From Ignavibacteriota bacterium (GTDB taxonomy: Bacteria; Bacteroidota; Ignavibacteria; Palsa-1295), in assembly GCA_963787835.1 (NCBI GenBank), contig CAWBEI010000002.1:1-64000 (forward strand): a DNA stretch of 64,000 nucleotides, given 5' to 3'. Each line of letters begins with the position of its first letter. The stretch's first letter is position 1. Position numbers and translations under genes: made by a program. The notes beneath the pieces were generated by a model. That model was not told the origin of the DNA and searched no databases. It saw nothing but the letters and a program-made list of their open reading frames with translations. This document shows positions 10,901-21,743 of the stretch, piece by piece.

Positions 10901-12745
10901 ATGTCAGAACAACAGCCGGTCCATATCAGGGAAGATATCCGCAATATTGCCATTATCGCTCACGTCGATCATGGCAAAACGACGCTCGTCGATCAAATGC
11001 TTCGCCAATCCGGCACGTTTCGCTCGAACGAACACCTGACCGAACGGGTCATGGATTCGAACGATCTCGAACGCGAAAAAGGGATTACCATCATGGCCAA
11101 GAACACCTCGATCCATTGGGGTGGTAAAAAGATTAATATCGTCGATACGCCCGGCCACGCGGATTTTGGTGGCGAAGTGGAGCGCATTCTGAAAATGGTC
11201 GATGGGGTCTTACTACTTGTCGATGCAGCAGAAGGATGCTTGCCGCAGACGAAGTTCGTGCTCAAGAAAAGTCTTGAACTTCACTTGAAGCCCATTGTGG
11301 TCATCAACAAGATCGACCGTAAAGATGCTCGTCCTCAGGAAGTGCTGGATGAAGTATTCGAGCTTTTTATGTCGCTTGGTGCGACCTATGACCAGCTTGA
11401 ATTCCCGATCATTTACGCGGTAGGCAAAGCAGGACTTGCCGGACTGACATTGAAAGAAGAGATGACCGATCTCGCGCCGCTCTTCCGCATGATCATCGAC
11501 TTCGTTCCTGCGCCTCCGGGCGAGACCGAAGGTGCATTTCAGATGCTCGTTGCGAATGTCGATTGGTCTGATTATCTTGGCCGTTTGGCTGTGGGGCGTA
11601 TTTTCCGTGGGCGCGTGCATGAAGGTGACTGGATCTCGCGCATTCGCCATGATGGAACCATCGAGAAAGCGAAAATCTCCAAGCTTTATACTTTTGAAGG
11701 ACTAAAACGAACGGAGACTCCCGAAGCTGCCGCCGGTGAAATTGTGCAGCTTGCCGGACTTGAGGATGTTCGTATCGGTGAAACCATTACCGATCCGGAG
11801 CATCCCTACGCGCTGCCGATCATCAACGTGGATGAACCGACGATCTCGATGAATTTCGTCGTCAACGATTCCCCAATGGCCGGACGCGAAGGCAAATTCG
11901 TTACCAGCCGCCATCTTCGCGAACGGTTGATGCGCGAGCTTCGAAAGAACATTTCCATCCACGTCGAAGATGTCTCTCCGGACACCTTCAAGGTTGCGGC
12001 ACGCGGTGAATTGCAGCTCGCCATCCTCATCGAAACCATGCGCCGCGAAGGATATGAATTTGCCGTCTCGAAACCGGAAGTCATCTTTCAGGAAGTCGAT
12101 GGCGATATGATGGAGCCGATCGAGCAGGTCGTGATCGATGTGCCGGAGGAATATGTGGGTTCCGTTATCGAGGCGCTCGGCGCTCGTAAGGGGCAAATGG
12201 TTAACATGAGCACGCTCAACGGCCAGGCTCACATCGAATATCACATGCCGAGCCGCGGCATGATCGGGTTCCGGGGTGAGTTCCTTACCATGACGCGCGG
12301 CAATGGCTTGCTCAATCAGCTTTTTTACGATTACGAGTCCTACAAAGGTGCCATCGAAGGACGCAAGCGCGGCGCACTCATCTCCTTAGACGATGGCGAC
12401 GCCACCCCCTACGCAATGGAAAATTTGCAGGAACGCTCGGTCTTTTTTATTCCACCGGGCACAAAAGTCTATCGCGGCATGATCGTCGGAGAGAATTCCC
12501 GTGAGGAGGACATGGTCGTCAACGTGACAAAGAAGAAGCATTTGACGAATATGCGTGCCTCAGGCTCCGATGGGGCGATCCAACTTGAATCCCCGCGTAC
12601 CCTTTCGCTCGAACAGCAGATCGAATGGCTTTCGGACGATGAGTTCCTCGAAGTAACGCCGGAATCCACTCGCTTCCGCAAAAAGATTCTGGATGCCACG
12701 GAACGACATCGTTCCAAAAAGCGCACGGATCAGATGATGGCGTAA
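10901..12745 (+). CDS. typA: Translational GTPase TypA/BipA
   Basis: 614 aa with G1-G4 motifs and the BipA C-terminal domain. Confidence 0.97.
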   Translation: MSEQQPVHIREDIRNIAIIAHVDHGKTTLVDQMLRQSGTFRSNEHLTERVMDSNDLEREKGITIMAKNTSIHWGGKKINIVDTPGHADFGGEVERILKMVDGVLLLVDAAEGCLPQTKFVLKKSLELHLKPIVVINKIDRKDARPQEVLDEVFELFMSLGATYDQLEFPIIYAVGKAGLAGLTLKEEMTDLAPLFRMIIDFVPAPPGETEGAFQMLVANVDWSDYLGRLAVGRIFRGRVHEGDWISRIRHDGTIEKAKISKLYTFEGLKRTETPEAAAGEIVQLAGLEDVRIGETITDPEHPYALPIINVDEPTISMNFVVNDSPMAGREGKFVTSRHLRERLMRELRKNISIHVEDVSPDTFKVAARGELQLAILIETMRREGYEFAVSKPEVIFQEVDGDMMEPIEQVVIDVPEEYVGSVIEALGARKGQMVNMSTLNGQAHIEYHMPSRGMIGFRGEFLTMTRGNGLLNQLFYDYESYKGAIEGRKRGALISLDDGDATPYAMENLQERSVFFIPPGTKVYRGMIVGENSREEDMVVNVTKKKHLTNMRASGSDGAIQLESPRTLSLEQQIEWLSDDEFLEVTPESTRFRKKILDATERHRSKKRTDQMMA

Positions 12746-12764
12746 CTATTTGTTCATTGACAAT

Positions 12765-14486
12765 CTATTCGCTGAACCAGCAATACTTCATATCCAACTG
12801 GAACATGGCGTTGGCGGGAAAATCGCGGACGTTCGGCTGAAGCAGGTGGTAATCCTCATCGTAATAGAGCACAATGTAGGGTGCATCCTGAATGGCAAGA
12901 TTTTCGGCTTCCGCAAAGTCCTGGTAGGATTTCACTCTATCTGTCTCGTTGATGGCTGCTTCAAATAGACGGTCGAACTCCGGATTGTTGTAGCGCGTGG
13001 AATTGATGGTACTTGGCCCCGATGGCGGGATGGATTTTCCATACAGCAAATTGAGGAAGTTCTCAGGATTCGGATAATCCGCGATCCAGCCTAACCGGAA
13101 GAACGGCGCTTTGCCATCGTCAATGCGCGGCGTGAGCTGGGAGAATTCGAGCATTTGAAGCTGGACGTTGAGGCCAAGATTCTCGTGTATTTGCGATTGA
13201 ATAGCCTCGGCAACCTCGGTATTGCGTCCGCCACCGGCATTTAAGTAAAGCGTAATGTCTGGAATGGTTCCGCCAAGTTCCTTCTTTGCAAGAGCCAGCT
13301 CGGCCAGCGCGCTATCGGGATTGAAGCTGAAGCCATGCACCACATCCACTGGATATCCCGGCATGGAGGGCGGCACAATGCCGTGAACACCCGGCCCAGC
13401 GGCCTGACCTTTCAGTATATATTTGATGATCTTATCCCGATCGACCGCAAACGCCATCGCACGGCGCAAATGGCGGTTATTCACTGGTGGAGTGGTACAA
13501 TTGAATCCATAGAACTGGACGGCTAACGCGGGAACATGTATGAGATCATATTTTTTCCAGTTCCCTTTCAGTTCCTTGTGGTCATCTACCATATCCTTAA
13601 AGAACTCGCTCGGGATGCGATAGACATGATCGAGTCTTTTCGCTTGAAATTGCTCGATCTCCACTTTATTATCGAGAATGAACGAGAACAGGACAGTATC
13701 GAGGTACGGAAGTTGATTCCCCGCAGAGTCACGCTTCCAATATCGCTCGTTGCGGACAAGATTGCAATACTGCGCTTGTTTATATCCGGCAAATTTGAAT
13801 GCTCCGGTTCCAACCGGATGAAATACAAAATCGCGACCATAATGCTCGACAGCTTCATGGGGGTAGATAAATCCAAATCCTACTGCCGGATAAAATAGAA
13901 ATGGCGAGAATGGCTTTTCGAGCGTAATAACGAGCGTAGAATCATTCAATGCCTGCAATCCGGGCAAACCACCCGATGGAAGTTTATTACTCTCGTAATA
14001 TGCCGACCCGCCTTTGATATACTTGAAATATGGTTCCGCGCCGGTGTTCGTTGTCTTATCAAGCGCACGCGTGAAGCAATAGATCACATCAGAGGCCACA
14101 AATTTCCTTCCTTTGCCATTTGGGAAGCATGCGTCATCATGGAAATAGGCATCCGTGCGAAGATGATAGGTATAGGTGAGGCCATCCTTCGAGATTTCCG
14201 GCAATGCGGAAAGGCCGGGAACGAGGTTCAATCCTTCATCGAATTCGAGCAGCCGGTCATAGACATTTTCCCCCACTTGCACGGATGATTGATCATTCAT
14301 CTGCACAGGATCGAGGGAGCGAATGTCCGCCGTCTCATTGACGTGGAACGTCCCGCCGAGCTTCTTACCACCTCTACCATCGCGCAGCGAATGCTGAATC
14401 CCAGCTTTGCGGGAACATGATGAAAGGAGTAATACACCAGATAAAACAGCGAGAAAAGCTAAATTTGAAGGATAGATAAATTTCAT
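12765..14486 (-). CDS. ABC transporter substrate-binding lipoprotein, family 5 (OppA/DppA-like)
   Basis: Lipobox LLLSSC; SLDP, SKDGLTYTYHLR, PVGTGAFK, LRRAMAFAVDR, GWIADYPNP. Start taken at MKFIYP. Confidence 0.92.
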   Translation of the reverse strand: MKFIYPSNLAFLAVLSGVLLLSSCSRKAGIQHSLRDGRGGKKLGGTFHVNETADIRSLDPVQMNDQSSVQVGENVYDRLLEFDEGLNLVPGLSALPEISKDGLTYTYHLRTDAYFHDDACFPNGKGRKFVASDVIYCFTRALDKTTNTGAEPYFKYIKGGSAYYESNKLPSGGLPGLQALNDSTLVITLEKPFSPFLFYPAVGFGFIYPHEAVEHYGRDFVFHPVGTGAFKFAGYKQAQYCNLVRNERYWKRDSAGNQLPYLDTVLFSFILDNKVEIEQFQAKRLDHVYRIPSEFFKDMVDDHKELKGNWKKYDLIHVPALAVQFYGFNCTTPPVNNRHLRRAMAFAVDRDKIIKYILKGQAAGPGVHGIVPPSMPGYPVDVVHGFSFNPDSALAELALAKKELGGTIPDITLYLNAGGGRNTEVAEAIQSQIHENLGLNVQLQMLEFSQLTPRIDDGKAPFFRLGWIADYPNPENFLNLLYGKSIPPSGPSTINSTRYNNPEFDRLFEAAINETDRVKSYQDFAEAENLAIQDAPYIVLYYDEDYHLLQPNVRDFPANAMFQLDMKYCWFSE

Positions 14487-14508
14487 TGGACGATGTACTA
14501 ACAAAGTT

Positions 14509-15210
14509 TTATGCCAGATCGAACAACAAGAATTCCGCTTCAGCATTTTGCGGAGCAGTGATATTCACCTCATGTTCATCTTCGATCATAAGACCATCGC
14601 CGTGATGGAGTTTCTTATCATTAACAGTGACAGTTCCCCGTACCATTTGCAAAAATCCTCCGCGGCCGGCGATGAAATGATGCTTCAATACCGCGCCATC
14701 GGAGACGATGCAGGCATATACGCTCGCATCCTGATTGATGGTAAGGCTGTCATTCTGTCCATCATGGGAGGCAATACGGCAGAAGGTGTTGCGCTTGTCC
14801 TGATCGTGGAATGTCCGTTGCTCGTAGCTTGGCGTGAGATTATGACGCTCCGGAAAGATCCAAATTTGAAGCAGGTGAACCGACTCCTTCGATCCGTTGA
14901 ATTCACTGTGAACGATTCCCGTACCAGCGGTCATGCGCTGGACATCGCCCGCAGCAATGGTGCCAGAATTTCCCATCGAATCCTTATGATCAAGCGAACC
15001 GGAGATGATATAGGTAATAATCTCCATATCGCGATGCGGGTGCATTCCAAAGCCGCGTCCGGCAGCAATGCGGTCGTCGTTTATAACGCGGAGTGACCGG
15101 AAATGCGTGTGCGCGGGATCGTGGTAATCCGCAAAAGAAAAAGTATGGTACGTATTAAGCCATCCGTGGTCGATATGGCCGCGTTCGTTTGATGGACGTA
15201 GTGTAAGCAT
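14509..15210 (-). CDS. Pirin family protein (YhhW-like)
   Basis: [39 protein letters not shown]. Confidence 0.95.
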   Translation of the reverse strand: MLTLRPSNERGHIDHGWLNTYHTFSFADYHDPAHTHFRSLRVINDDRIAAGRGFGMHPHRDMEIITYIISGSLDHKDSMGNSGTIAAGDVQRMTAGTGIVHSEFNGSKESVHLLQIWIFPERHNLTPSYEQRTFHDQDKRNTFCRIASHDGQNDSLTINQDASVYACIVSDGAVLKHHFIAGRGGFLQMVRGTVTVNDKKLHHGDGLMIEDEHEVNITAPQNAEAEFLLFDLA

Positions 15211-15243
15211 ATCCCATTAACAAGAACACAACCCAAAACGGTG

Positions 15244-16818
15244 CTATCGGGAAGCCTCCAGACAGGAAATGGGAAAATCTTTTCGGATATAGATCAAGTA
15301 GCTCGAGATCGAGGTATCCAGACGGTAATAGCTATCCAAAAGAGTTCGAAATCCTGGGATAGCAAACATGAGATCGAGCGTGCTATAGGCTCCCGATGGA
15401 TCTACCATTTTTCGAACAATATAATACTTAGGTCTAACATCCATTATCTTTCCGAGATATTCGATTTGCCACTCCTGCTGACAGGGTGTAAAAGAACCAG
15501 CGGGTGTTTTCAGGGTGATACAGTCTGGTAGATCAAAACGAGTAGCGACAGGCCGGTCGATTCGCCACCGCACCGATGGTGAAAAAGTTACTTCCACGGC
15601 ATCCGATTGCTTCGTATGCTCCAATACATAAGCAACAACTTTAGATGCTTCGCTATCGGCATACCACGCACTCGAGAACGGTGCAACCGATCTTCCTGGA
15701 TGTATTTGTCCAATGAGCTGCCACGGATATAGGAAAATAATAACCCCTGCAAGTGATAGCCGGAACATAAGCTGACGTCGGCGATTCGATCTGCTCCACT
15801 CCCAAACCGCTGCTGTTATCACTGGTAGAAACAGAGCAAAGAATGGGATCAAATGATAGCCCGCCAATCGGCCCATTACCCCAATTCCAATCAGCAGCGA
15901 AACAAAAGTTGCTGTCAGAAATCGTATTTCCTGCAACGATCGTGGTCCATTGGTAAATGGTTGACCGCTTCGGCGACGAAGTAAGAGCAAGGTCCTCCAG
16001 CAAACGATCAACGCCGGAATAATCAGCGAACGCTTTGCACAATCCCTCCAATGGAACGAATGAACATACACTTCGACATTATACCGGACAATTGCAACAT
16101 ATAGTTCTCGAAGACCTTGCACGGTCGGGGCGTAGATCACAATGCACGCAGCGATCGGGATTACAAAGCCGATCACTGCCAGAGAAAAGCTCCTCCACCC
16201 CACGGCAGTCCGAAGATCGAACAAGAACAAGATCGGCAAAAATAATAGGAGAGCAAACGTGGGCCGAAAGCACGTTGCAACCCCATACGCTAATCCTGCA
16301 ACGACCAGTAATAGGCTTCGGCGAAACATGCTGGAGCTTCGAAAGGCCAGGATCAGTGATCCAATTCCCACAAGCATGGGAAGAATGGCAAAGCAATCCG
16401 GATGTCCGACATAGAATATTGGGCCATGCACATACATGAGAGCATATACCAAACAACCAATAATCGCCGGAACCTCTGATATCCAAAAACGGCTCACTCC
16501 GTACAATGCGAGTATGATGATCGCTTGAAAGATAATCTCGGTCAAACGAAATGCAAGAACCGATGACCCAAACAACGCAATGGCAAGAAGATGAACGCCA
16601 ACAATTCCCGGGAGATTGGCAATGAAGCTCACACGGTACGGCAGATCCTTCGCGCGATTTAACTCAAGCGCAATACAATGGTGAACATCTATATCACTGT
16701 AAAAAGGATATAAGCTAAGTACCGGCAGTATCACCACGCAGATCATCAATAGAATAATTGCGGAGCGCGCGCAGCCAGCTCTTCGGCCGTGCGGTCGAAC
16801 CTTGAACGAGAGATCCAT
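15244..16818 (-). CDS. Polytopic membrane glycosyltransferase, GT-C (ArnT/PMT_2-like)
   Basis: Many TM segments, an N-terminal acidic loop (SDID), LPYR...NLPG, and a soluble C-terminal domain. Confidence 0.7.
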   Translation of the reverse strand: MDLSFKVRPHGRRAGCARSAIILLMICVVILPVLSLYPFYSDIDVHHCIALELNRAKDLPYRVSFIANLPGIVGVHLLAIALFGSSVLAFRLTEIIFQAIIILALYGVSRFWISEVPAIIGCLVYALMYVHGPIFYVGHPDCFAILPMLVGIGSLILAFRSSSMFRRSLLLVVAGLAYGVATCFRPTFALLLFLPILFLFDLRTAVGWRSFSLAVIGFVIPIAACIVIYAPTVQGLRELYVAIVRYNVEVYVHSFHWRDCAKRSLIIPALIVCWRTLLLLRRRSGQPFTNGPRSLQEIRFLTATFVSLLIGIGVMGRLAGYHLIPFFALFLPVITAAVWEWSRSNRRRQLMFRLSLAGVIIFLYPWQLIGQIHPGRSVAPFSSAWYADSEASKVVAYVLEHTKQSDAVEVTFSPSVRWRIDRPVATRFDLPDCITLKTPAGSFTPCQQEWQIEYLGKIMDVRPKYYIVRKMVDPSGAYSTLDLMFAIPGFRTLLDSYYRLDTSISSYLIYIRKDFPISCLEASR

Positions 16819-16921
16819 TGATTTAAGGGGTTACGATGCCCAACATGAGCCATCTATAATGAAGACCAACTACCGTACAGAAGGTAACCAATTTCACGGC
16901 AAGAAACCAGGGCACAAATGA

Positions 16922-18130
16922 GTGACCATAGATAAAGGAAACTCGTATGGGTATTATTTTGATTTAATTCCAACTCGGTTTTCCAACACACTTCTGACTC
17001 CACAATTATCTCCACATCAGCGTTATCTTTCCACGAAGTATTTCCCTTCGCTGGACGGCTTACGCGCGATCAGTATTTTGGCCGTGGTTTGGTACCATGT
17101 GCCAGAACTGCGCTTGATCTGGCGAACGGGGTTTCTGGGAGTTCATCTGTTCTTCGTCATCAGCGGATTTCTTATAACTACGCTGCTTCTGCGTGAGAAA
17201 TCGGAATTCGGAAAGATCTCCCTCAAAAAATTCTATATTCGAAGAACGCTACGCATTTTTCCGGCGTATTATCTCACTCTCGGCCTTTTCCTCATAGCGT
17301 GCCTGACAACATCAGAACTTCGTGGCGAGCCGTTGGCGATCTATCTCCATAATCTCCCATCGTTCTTAACTTATACCTCAAACTGGTTCGTCTATCCCGG
17401 TGGATGGGCTCCGAGCGCCCCGCCCGCACGAGTGATTTTTGTGGCAGCGTGGTCCCTTGCGACGGAAGAGCAATTCTATCTTTTCTGGCCGTGGATCGTC
17501 GCACTCTCGGAGCGATGGTATGTGCCTGTTCTCGTCATGTTCGCACTTATTGGCGCAAATGAGATCGTCAAGTTATACGCCGGATATTCTTTTTTCCTAA
17601 CTGGTTATCCGCTACCGATTCTTATCATTAATAGCATTTCAACTGCGATCTGCCTCGGTTGCCTTGCGGCCTACGCGCTGCATCGGAAACGCAGTTTCGA
17701 TATAGCGTGGCGCGTCCTCGGACAGCGATGGAGTGCCCCGCTGTTTATGGCGATCATGCTTGTTGTTTGCATCATCCCAAACGATGCTATCCTCCATGTA
17801 TTCCGGATGTTCTATATTTGTGTGGCAATGATGCTGGCCGTGATGGCCTGTTCGATCCGAGGAGATCACATCTTAGTTCCATTGCTCACGAATCGTGTTG
17901 CGCGTTATATTGGCATGATAAGCTATGGAATGTATCTGTATCACCCATTTGGAATAAATATAACGGACCGTTTCTTCGCGTTTTCGAAAACGTGGCCGTT
18001 TCTGCAATTTTGCTTTGTTGCCGGAAGCACCATCGCACTCGCCAGTATTAGCTATTGGACCTATGAGCGATTCTTCCTGCGATTGAAATCGCGATTTACT
18101 TCGCTCCGAAACACAACTGCACCGGCTTAA
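16922..18130 (+). CDS. Acyltransferase_3 family (OafA/OatA-like) O-acyltransferase
   Basis: SLDGLRAIS, GVHLFFVISGFLIT, FYIRRTLRIFP, WSLATEEQFY, ISYGMYLYH. Confidence 0.93.
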   Translation: MTIDKGNSYGYYFDLIPTRFSNTLLTPQLSPHQRYLSTKYFPSLDGLRAISILAVVWYHVPELRLIWRTGFLGVHLFFVISGFLITTLLLREKSEFGKISLKKFYIRRTLRIFPAYYLTLGLFLIACLTTSELRGEPLAIYLHNLPSFLTYTSNWFVYPGGWAPSAPPARVIFVAAWSLATEEQFYLFWPWIVALSERWYVPVLVMFALIGANEIVKLYAGYSFFLTGYPLPILIINSISTAICLGCLAAYALHRKRSFDIAWRVLGQRWSAPLFMAIMLVVCIIPNDAILHVFRMFYICVAMMLAVMACSIRGDHILVPLLTNRVARYIGMISYGMYLYHPFGINITDRFFAFSKTWPFLQFCFVAGSTIALASISYWTYERFFLRLKSRFTSLRNTTAPA

Positions 18131-18152
18131 TCTCTGCGACAGCTAACTGATA

Positions 18153-19079
18153 TTAACTCGCTTTTGCCAGGCGTAATCTTACCGACAAAGTTTGCGATTC
18201 TGCAAGCGTGCCCGATCCGGACCCTCCACCTCGACCGCCGCCGCCGCGATGACCTCCGCCTCCACAACCCATTCCTCCGCCACCGAATCCTCCACCTCCA
18301 GCTCCTCCCCCTGGATAGCTTCCGCCTGGATACCCTCCGCCAGAACCGCCGGGATTATCAGCTACACCGCCAGAGGAGCCGCCATACCCTGCCTGCCTGC
18401 CTCCGCCATGGGTAACGCCATTGACTGTAAAGGTGAGGCCAAAGATCCTCGAACTATCCGCAGGTGCAAGCACGTGCTTGTAAAAAGTAGAGAATGGAAT
18501 CGCTGCCTCGTAGTTCAGCACATTGTTAATGGTGTCCCAGTTGATGCGGACTTCGATCCCAAAAGCATTCTTTAGCGGTATAAGGCCTGAGGCGGGAGGA
18601 AGAAATCCTGTCAATTGGATCTCATTCGCCTGCGAGCGGAAAAAACTTCTCCGCAATGCGCCAATGGGATCGAAATTATCAGAGGAGGATCCATACCCGC
18701 TCCCATTTCCATATCCACCCGCATTCTCCGATTCCGAATGCTGAAACGTCGAGGGGACGGGATACATCATTGAGATATCTTTGCCAGTCCCACCATTGGT
18801 GTCCAGAAAGATATGTAACCCTCCGCGAACGATCTTGGTCTGGAGTTCCTGATCGAACGCCTCGAAGCAAAAATAAAGTTTGGTGCTGTCGTTTGAGACG
18901 GTAAAGCTTAATTTCGTTTCCTTATCATAGAATGCGAGTGGTAGCTGCCAATCCGAAACATCACCATCGACGACGATCAGCTTCGTTTGAGTAAGGCTTT
19001 GAATAAGATTACTCGACGAGCAGGACGCAAGCGTAACCCCAAGAATAAGTGTGGCTACAGAAATGATTATTGATCGCAT
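18153..19079 (-). CDS. Lipoprotein with a Gly-rich low-complexity C-terminal region
   Basis: Lipobox LASC; VDGDVSDW and NDSTKLY...YEAAIPF resemble DOMON/CBM9-like folds; poly-Gly tract at ~18210-18420. Confidence 0.75.
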   Translation of the reverse strand: MRSIIISVATLILGVTLASCSSSNLIQSLTQTKLIVVDGDVSDWQLPLAFYDKETKLSFTVSNDSTKLYFCFEAFDQELQTKIVRGGLHIFLDTNGGTGKDISMMYPVPSTFQHSESENAGGYGNGSGYGSSSDNFDPIGALRRSFFRSQANEIQLTGFLPPASGLIPLKNAFGIEVRINWDTINNVLNYEAAIPFSTFYKHVLAPADSSRIFGLTFTVNGVTHGGGRQAGYGGSSGGVADNPGGSGGGYPGGSYPGGGAGGGGFGGGGMGCGGGGHRGGGGRGGGSGSGTLAESQTLSVRLRLAKAS

Positions 19080-19159
19080 GATTCCTTCAAACGCTAATCC
19101 GCTGCCTCGGCTTCGTGAAATCGGTTTCACCATCCCATGAAATCAGTGAAATGCCTTCC

Positions 19160-21001
19160 TCAACGAAGCACCACAAAATTCTTTTGCACCGATTGGCTTC
19201 CGCAGGATATTTGGGCATGATAAACTCCGGCACTCAGTGTATGCACATCCAGTGTAACTATTGTCTGTACGGATGGCTCCATTAATGACTCAGAAGTCAA
19301 CACTTCATTACCCCGTATATCATATACTTGAATAGATGCAGATAGCTGTGTATTCGAGGTAACAATAAAGGTGATGTGGTCTCCCGCAGCAGGATTCGGA
19401 GAAGGATCGGCAACATTCAACTCTTCCGCATTAACCTGGCTGGTAGAACCAGAAACGGAGGAAAGCGGCGATGAAACAAATGCGAAAATTTCACCATCAT
19501 CGTGGTTCGGGGGGCGGTTTTCCGTCCAGGCAGCGGCGAACGAACCATTATATGCATCGTTCCCGGCGTAATCACCGATAAAATCCCATCCGTTGATCGT
19601 ATCGACCAGTGGATTGAAGAGCCGAGATCCTATATTCTGCATATGATTCGTTGAGGAAAAGGTACATTGTACCGCTCGCGAATTCTCATTCAATGTGGGA
19701 TCTTCTTCGGAACTATAGAGAGAGACATTCGTCTCACCGGTAAGTGCATCATGGCTGACCCACGGCATGAAATGGTCGTTATTGATCACGTCAGGAGTTC
19801 CGATCTGTATGGGACTGCTCCAGCTATTTCCGGCATTCGTCGATCGTATCGCGAACAGTGCAGCATCGGCATTCTCATTATCATACGATCCATAGACGGC
19901 ATCGAGCGCGTTGTCGGATGGATCGACATCAAAAGCAACATACGGAAATGCTCGGAAGCCGTTATCTCCTTTCAAGCCCGGATAACCGCTTGGAATTAGT
20001 GGAAACAGAGTGTAATGAGCGATCGGAACTTCAGAGAACGTTGCTCCACCATCGTTCGAGATGGTCATGCCATGACTATTAACCGATTCGACATCGGTAT
20101 CGTCTTCCGTGCTCGAAGCGATGAACAACGTTCCATTCTTGCCAACACGTACCAGCGGGAAATATCCATAGATCTTGGAATAGACGACCGGCGAGGACCA
20201 TGTTTGGGTCTGGTCGTCGCTGTGTGCCAGCATGTGTTGAACAATGCCGCTCGAATCGAACTCATTCCAGGCGATATACAGGCGGCCATGATACGGGCTG
20301 TTGGGATCTCGATCAAAACCGATCACCTCTTTATCCTCAAAGGAGGTGCTCGGCCCGTTCAATCCCAGCACCGGATTCCCAAGCTTCCAATGGATGGCAT
20401 CGCTGCTTCGGGCAACCATTAAATCGGAAATAGAACTCGCATCCATACTATTGTAACCTTCGAGCAAAAAGGAATAGTAAAAGTCTCCGGAATCGTCCGA
20501 GATAATAATAGGATCGCCAGATGGGATCAAAGTAATAGTATCGGTGCTCGGCATAGGCAGGCGATACGTCAGCCAGGTATGGCCGCTATTGGTACTGACG
20601 TAAGCGGGCATGGATATGTCAGACATACTCCCATCGTTGGCGCCTACAACGATCACCTTCGGATCTTTCCTGCTGATCGCGACCGAGGTTTCATCCTGGT
20701 CTTGCATGGAATTGCTGATATCCTGCTCGTATGAAGTATCCGCATCTTCGCTCATTGCATTTCGTGAAACGATCCCCAACTTCGCCGCCGCGCGACGATT
20801 GATCATTCGTGCAAATATATCACAGCGCCGGTAGAGCATGGCTCCATGCGGATAACTCGCGAGTTCCTGATGAACTTCATTCTGGAACTCAGCTCGTATG
20901 CCAGATCCTGGCTGAACGCCGTTTGAAACAGTGTGTGCTTGCTGAGCACACAACTCACCCGCAAAACAGACCGTAAAAACGAGACACAGGATATATTTCA
21001 T
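19160..21001 (-). CDS. T9SS-sorted sialidase-like (BNR/Asp-box) beta-propeller protein
   Basis: STNSGHTW, SDDQTQTW, SNDGGATF, STNAGNSW, FIGDY; C-terminal PNP...YDIRG...SAGVY. Confidence 0.85.
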   Translation of the reverse strand: MKYILCLVFTVCFAGELCAQQAHTVSNGVQPGSGIRAEFQNEVHQELASYPHGAMLYRRCDIFARMINRRAAAKLGIVSRNAMSEDADTSYEQDISNSMQDQDETSVAISRKDPKVIVVGANDGSMSDISMPAYVSTNSGHTWLTYRLPMPSTDTITLIPSGDPIIISDDSGDFYYSFLLEGYNSMDASSISDLMVARSSDAIHWKLGNPVLGLNGPSTSFEDKEVIGFDRDPNSPYHGRLYIAWNEFDSSGIVQHMLAHSDDQTQTWSSPVVYSKIYGYFPLVRVGKNGTLFIASSTEDDTDVESVNSHGMTISNDGGATFSEVPIAHYTLFPLIPSGYPGLKGDNGFRAFPYVAFDVDPSDNALDAVYGSYDNENADAALFAIRSTNAGNSWSSPIQIGTPDVINNDHFMPWVSHDALTGETNVSLYSSEEDPTLNENSRAVQCTFSSTNHMQNIGSRLFNPLVDTINGWDFIGDYAGNDAYNGSFAAAWTENRPPNHDDGEIFAFVSSPLSSVSGSTSQVNAEELNVADPSPNPAAGDHITFIVTSNTQLSASIQVYDIRGNEVLTSESLMEPSVQTIVTLDVHTLSAGVYHAQISCGSQSVQKNFVVLR

Positions 21002-21011
21002 GATCGTTTCC

Positions 21012-21743
21012 TCACATAGTGGAAATATTTTTCTTTGGATTGGTTGGACGGATGTCGAGTTCCGAGGTGGTAGCACTCGAGGGAAGCATTACGGCCGCAT
21101 ATACCGCAGCCGCCACATCCTCTGCACGAAGCGCATTGGATGCTCGACTGCCGAAATGTTGCCCGGCAGTATCGAAAAAATCAGTATCGACACTACCCGG
21201 AAAAACGGTTATTGCGCGAATATCGAAATCGCGGACCTCGAGAAAAAGTGATTGCATTAGACCTCTGACCCCAAATTTAGAAGCACAATATGCTGCACCA
21301 CCAACGAAACCATTCCGACCAGCCAACGAAGATATTGCAACAATAGTCCCGCTTCTCCGCTCGATCATTTCTGGAAGAACGGCCTGAGTCATCAGGAATA
21401 TACCTCGCAGGTTCGTGCTTAGAACCCTGTCGAATTCGTCAACACTTATAGCCGCGACATTCTTGAACAAGCCAAATCCAGCATTATTGACGAGAAGATC
21501 GACAGGCCCGAAGGTTTGGATAGCCGCTGATGCGAAGTGCTTTACGTCCGGCTCCAGAGAAACATCACATTTTTTTGCAAATACCTGCACGTTTGGAAAT
21601 TCCTTCTCGATTGCTTGCCGAGCGTCCCAAAGCGTGCTCTCGTTGCGGGCGCAAACCGAGAGACTCACGTTCCCTTCTATGGCAAAGCGCTGTGCGATCG
21701 CTAATCCGATCCCCTTGGACGCGCCGGTGATCATCACATGCAT
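21012..21743 (-). CDS. SDR family NAD(P)-dependent oxidoreductase
   Basis: TGASKGIG, NNAG, YCASK. Confidence 0.93.
   Translation of the reverse strand: MHVMITGASKGIGLAIAQRFAIEGNVSLSVCARNESTLWDARQAIEKEFPNVQVFAKKCDVSLEPDVKHFASAAIQTFGPVDLLVNNAGFGLFKNVAAISVDEFDRVLSTNLRGIFLMTQAVLPEMIERRSGTIVAISSLAGRNGFVGGAAYCASKFGVRGLMQSLFLEVRDFDIRAITVFPGSVDTDFFDTAGQHFGSRASNALRAEDVAAAVYAAVMLPSSATTSELDIRPTNPKKNISTM

Larger units (their letters stand above)
1..15231. repeat. Giant inverted repeat (arms ~1-7607 and ~7608-15231), probable fold-back read/assembly artefact
   Basis: Position 1 (ttgtgttcttgttaatgggatatg) is the reverse complement of 15208-15231. The centre reads acggactcc-accgcaccggggagcggc-ggagtccgt. 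TypA translates identically on both strands. Indels are concentrated in 1-2300 and 7650-9800. Confidence 0.97.

Noticed and set aside
2477-12745. True typA gene duplication
   Set aside because: Both copies lie in the mirror arms and translate identically.
18210-18420. Microsatellite or contingency locus
   Set aside because: Degenerate glycine codons inside a CDS, with no perfect repeat unit.
21012-21743. SDR as the missing ceramide reductase CerR
   Set aside because: It is a short classical SDR rather than the longer extended/atypical type expected for CerR, and it is 15 kb from the fusion.
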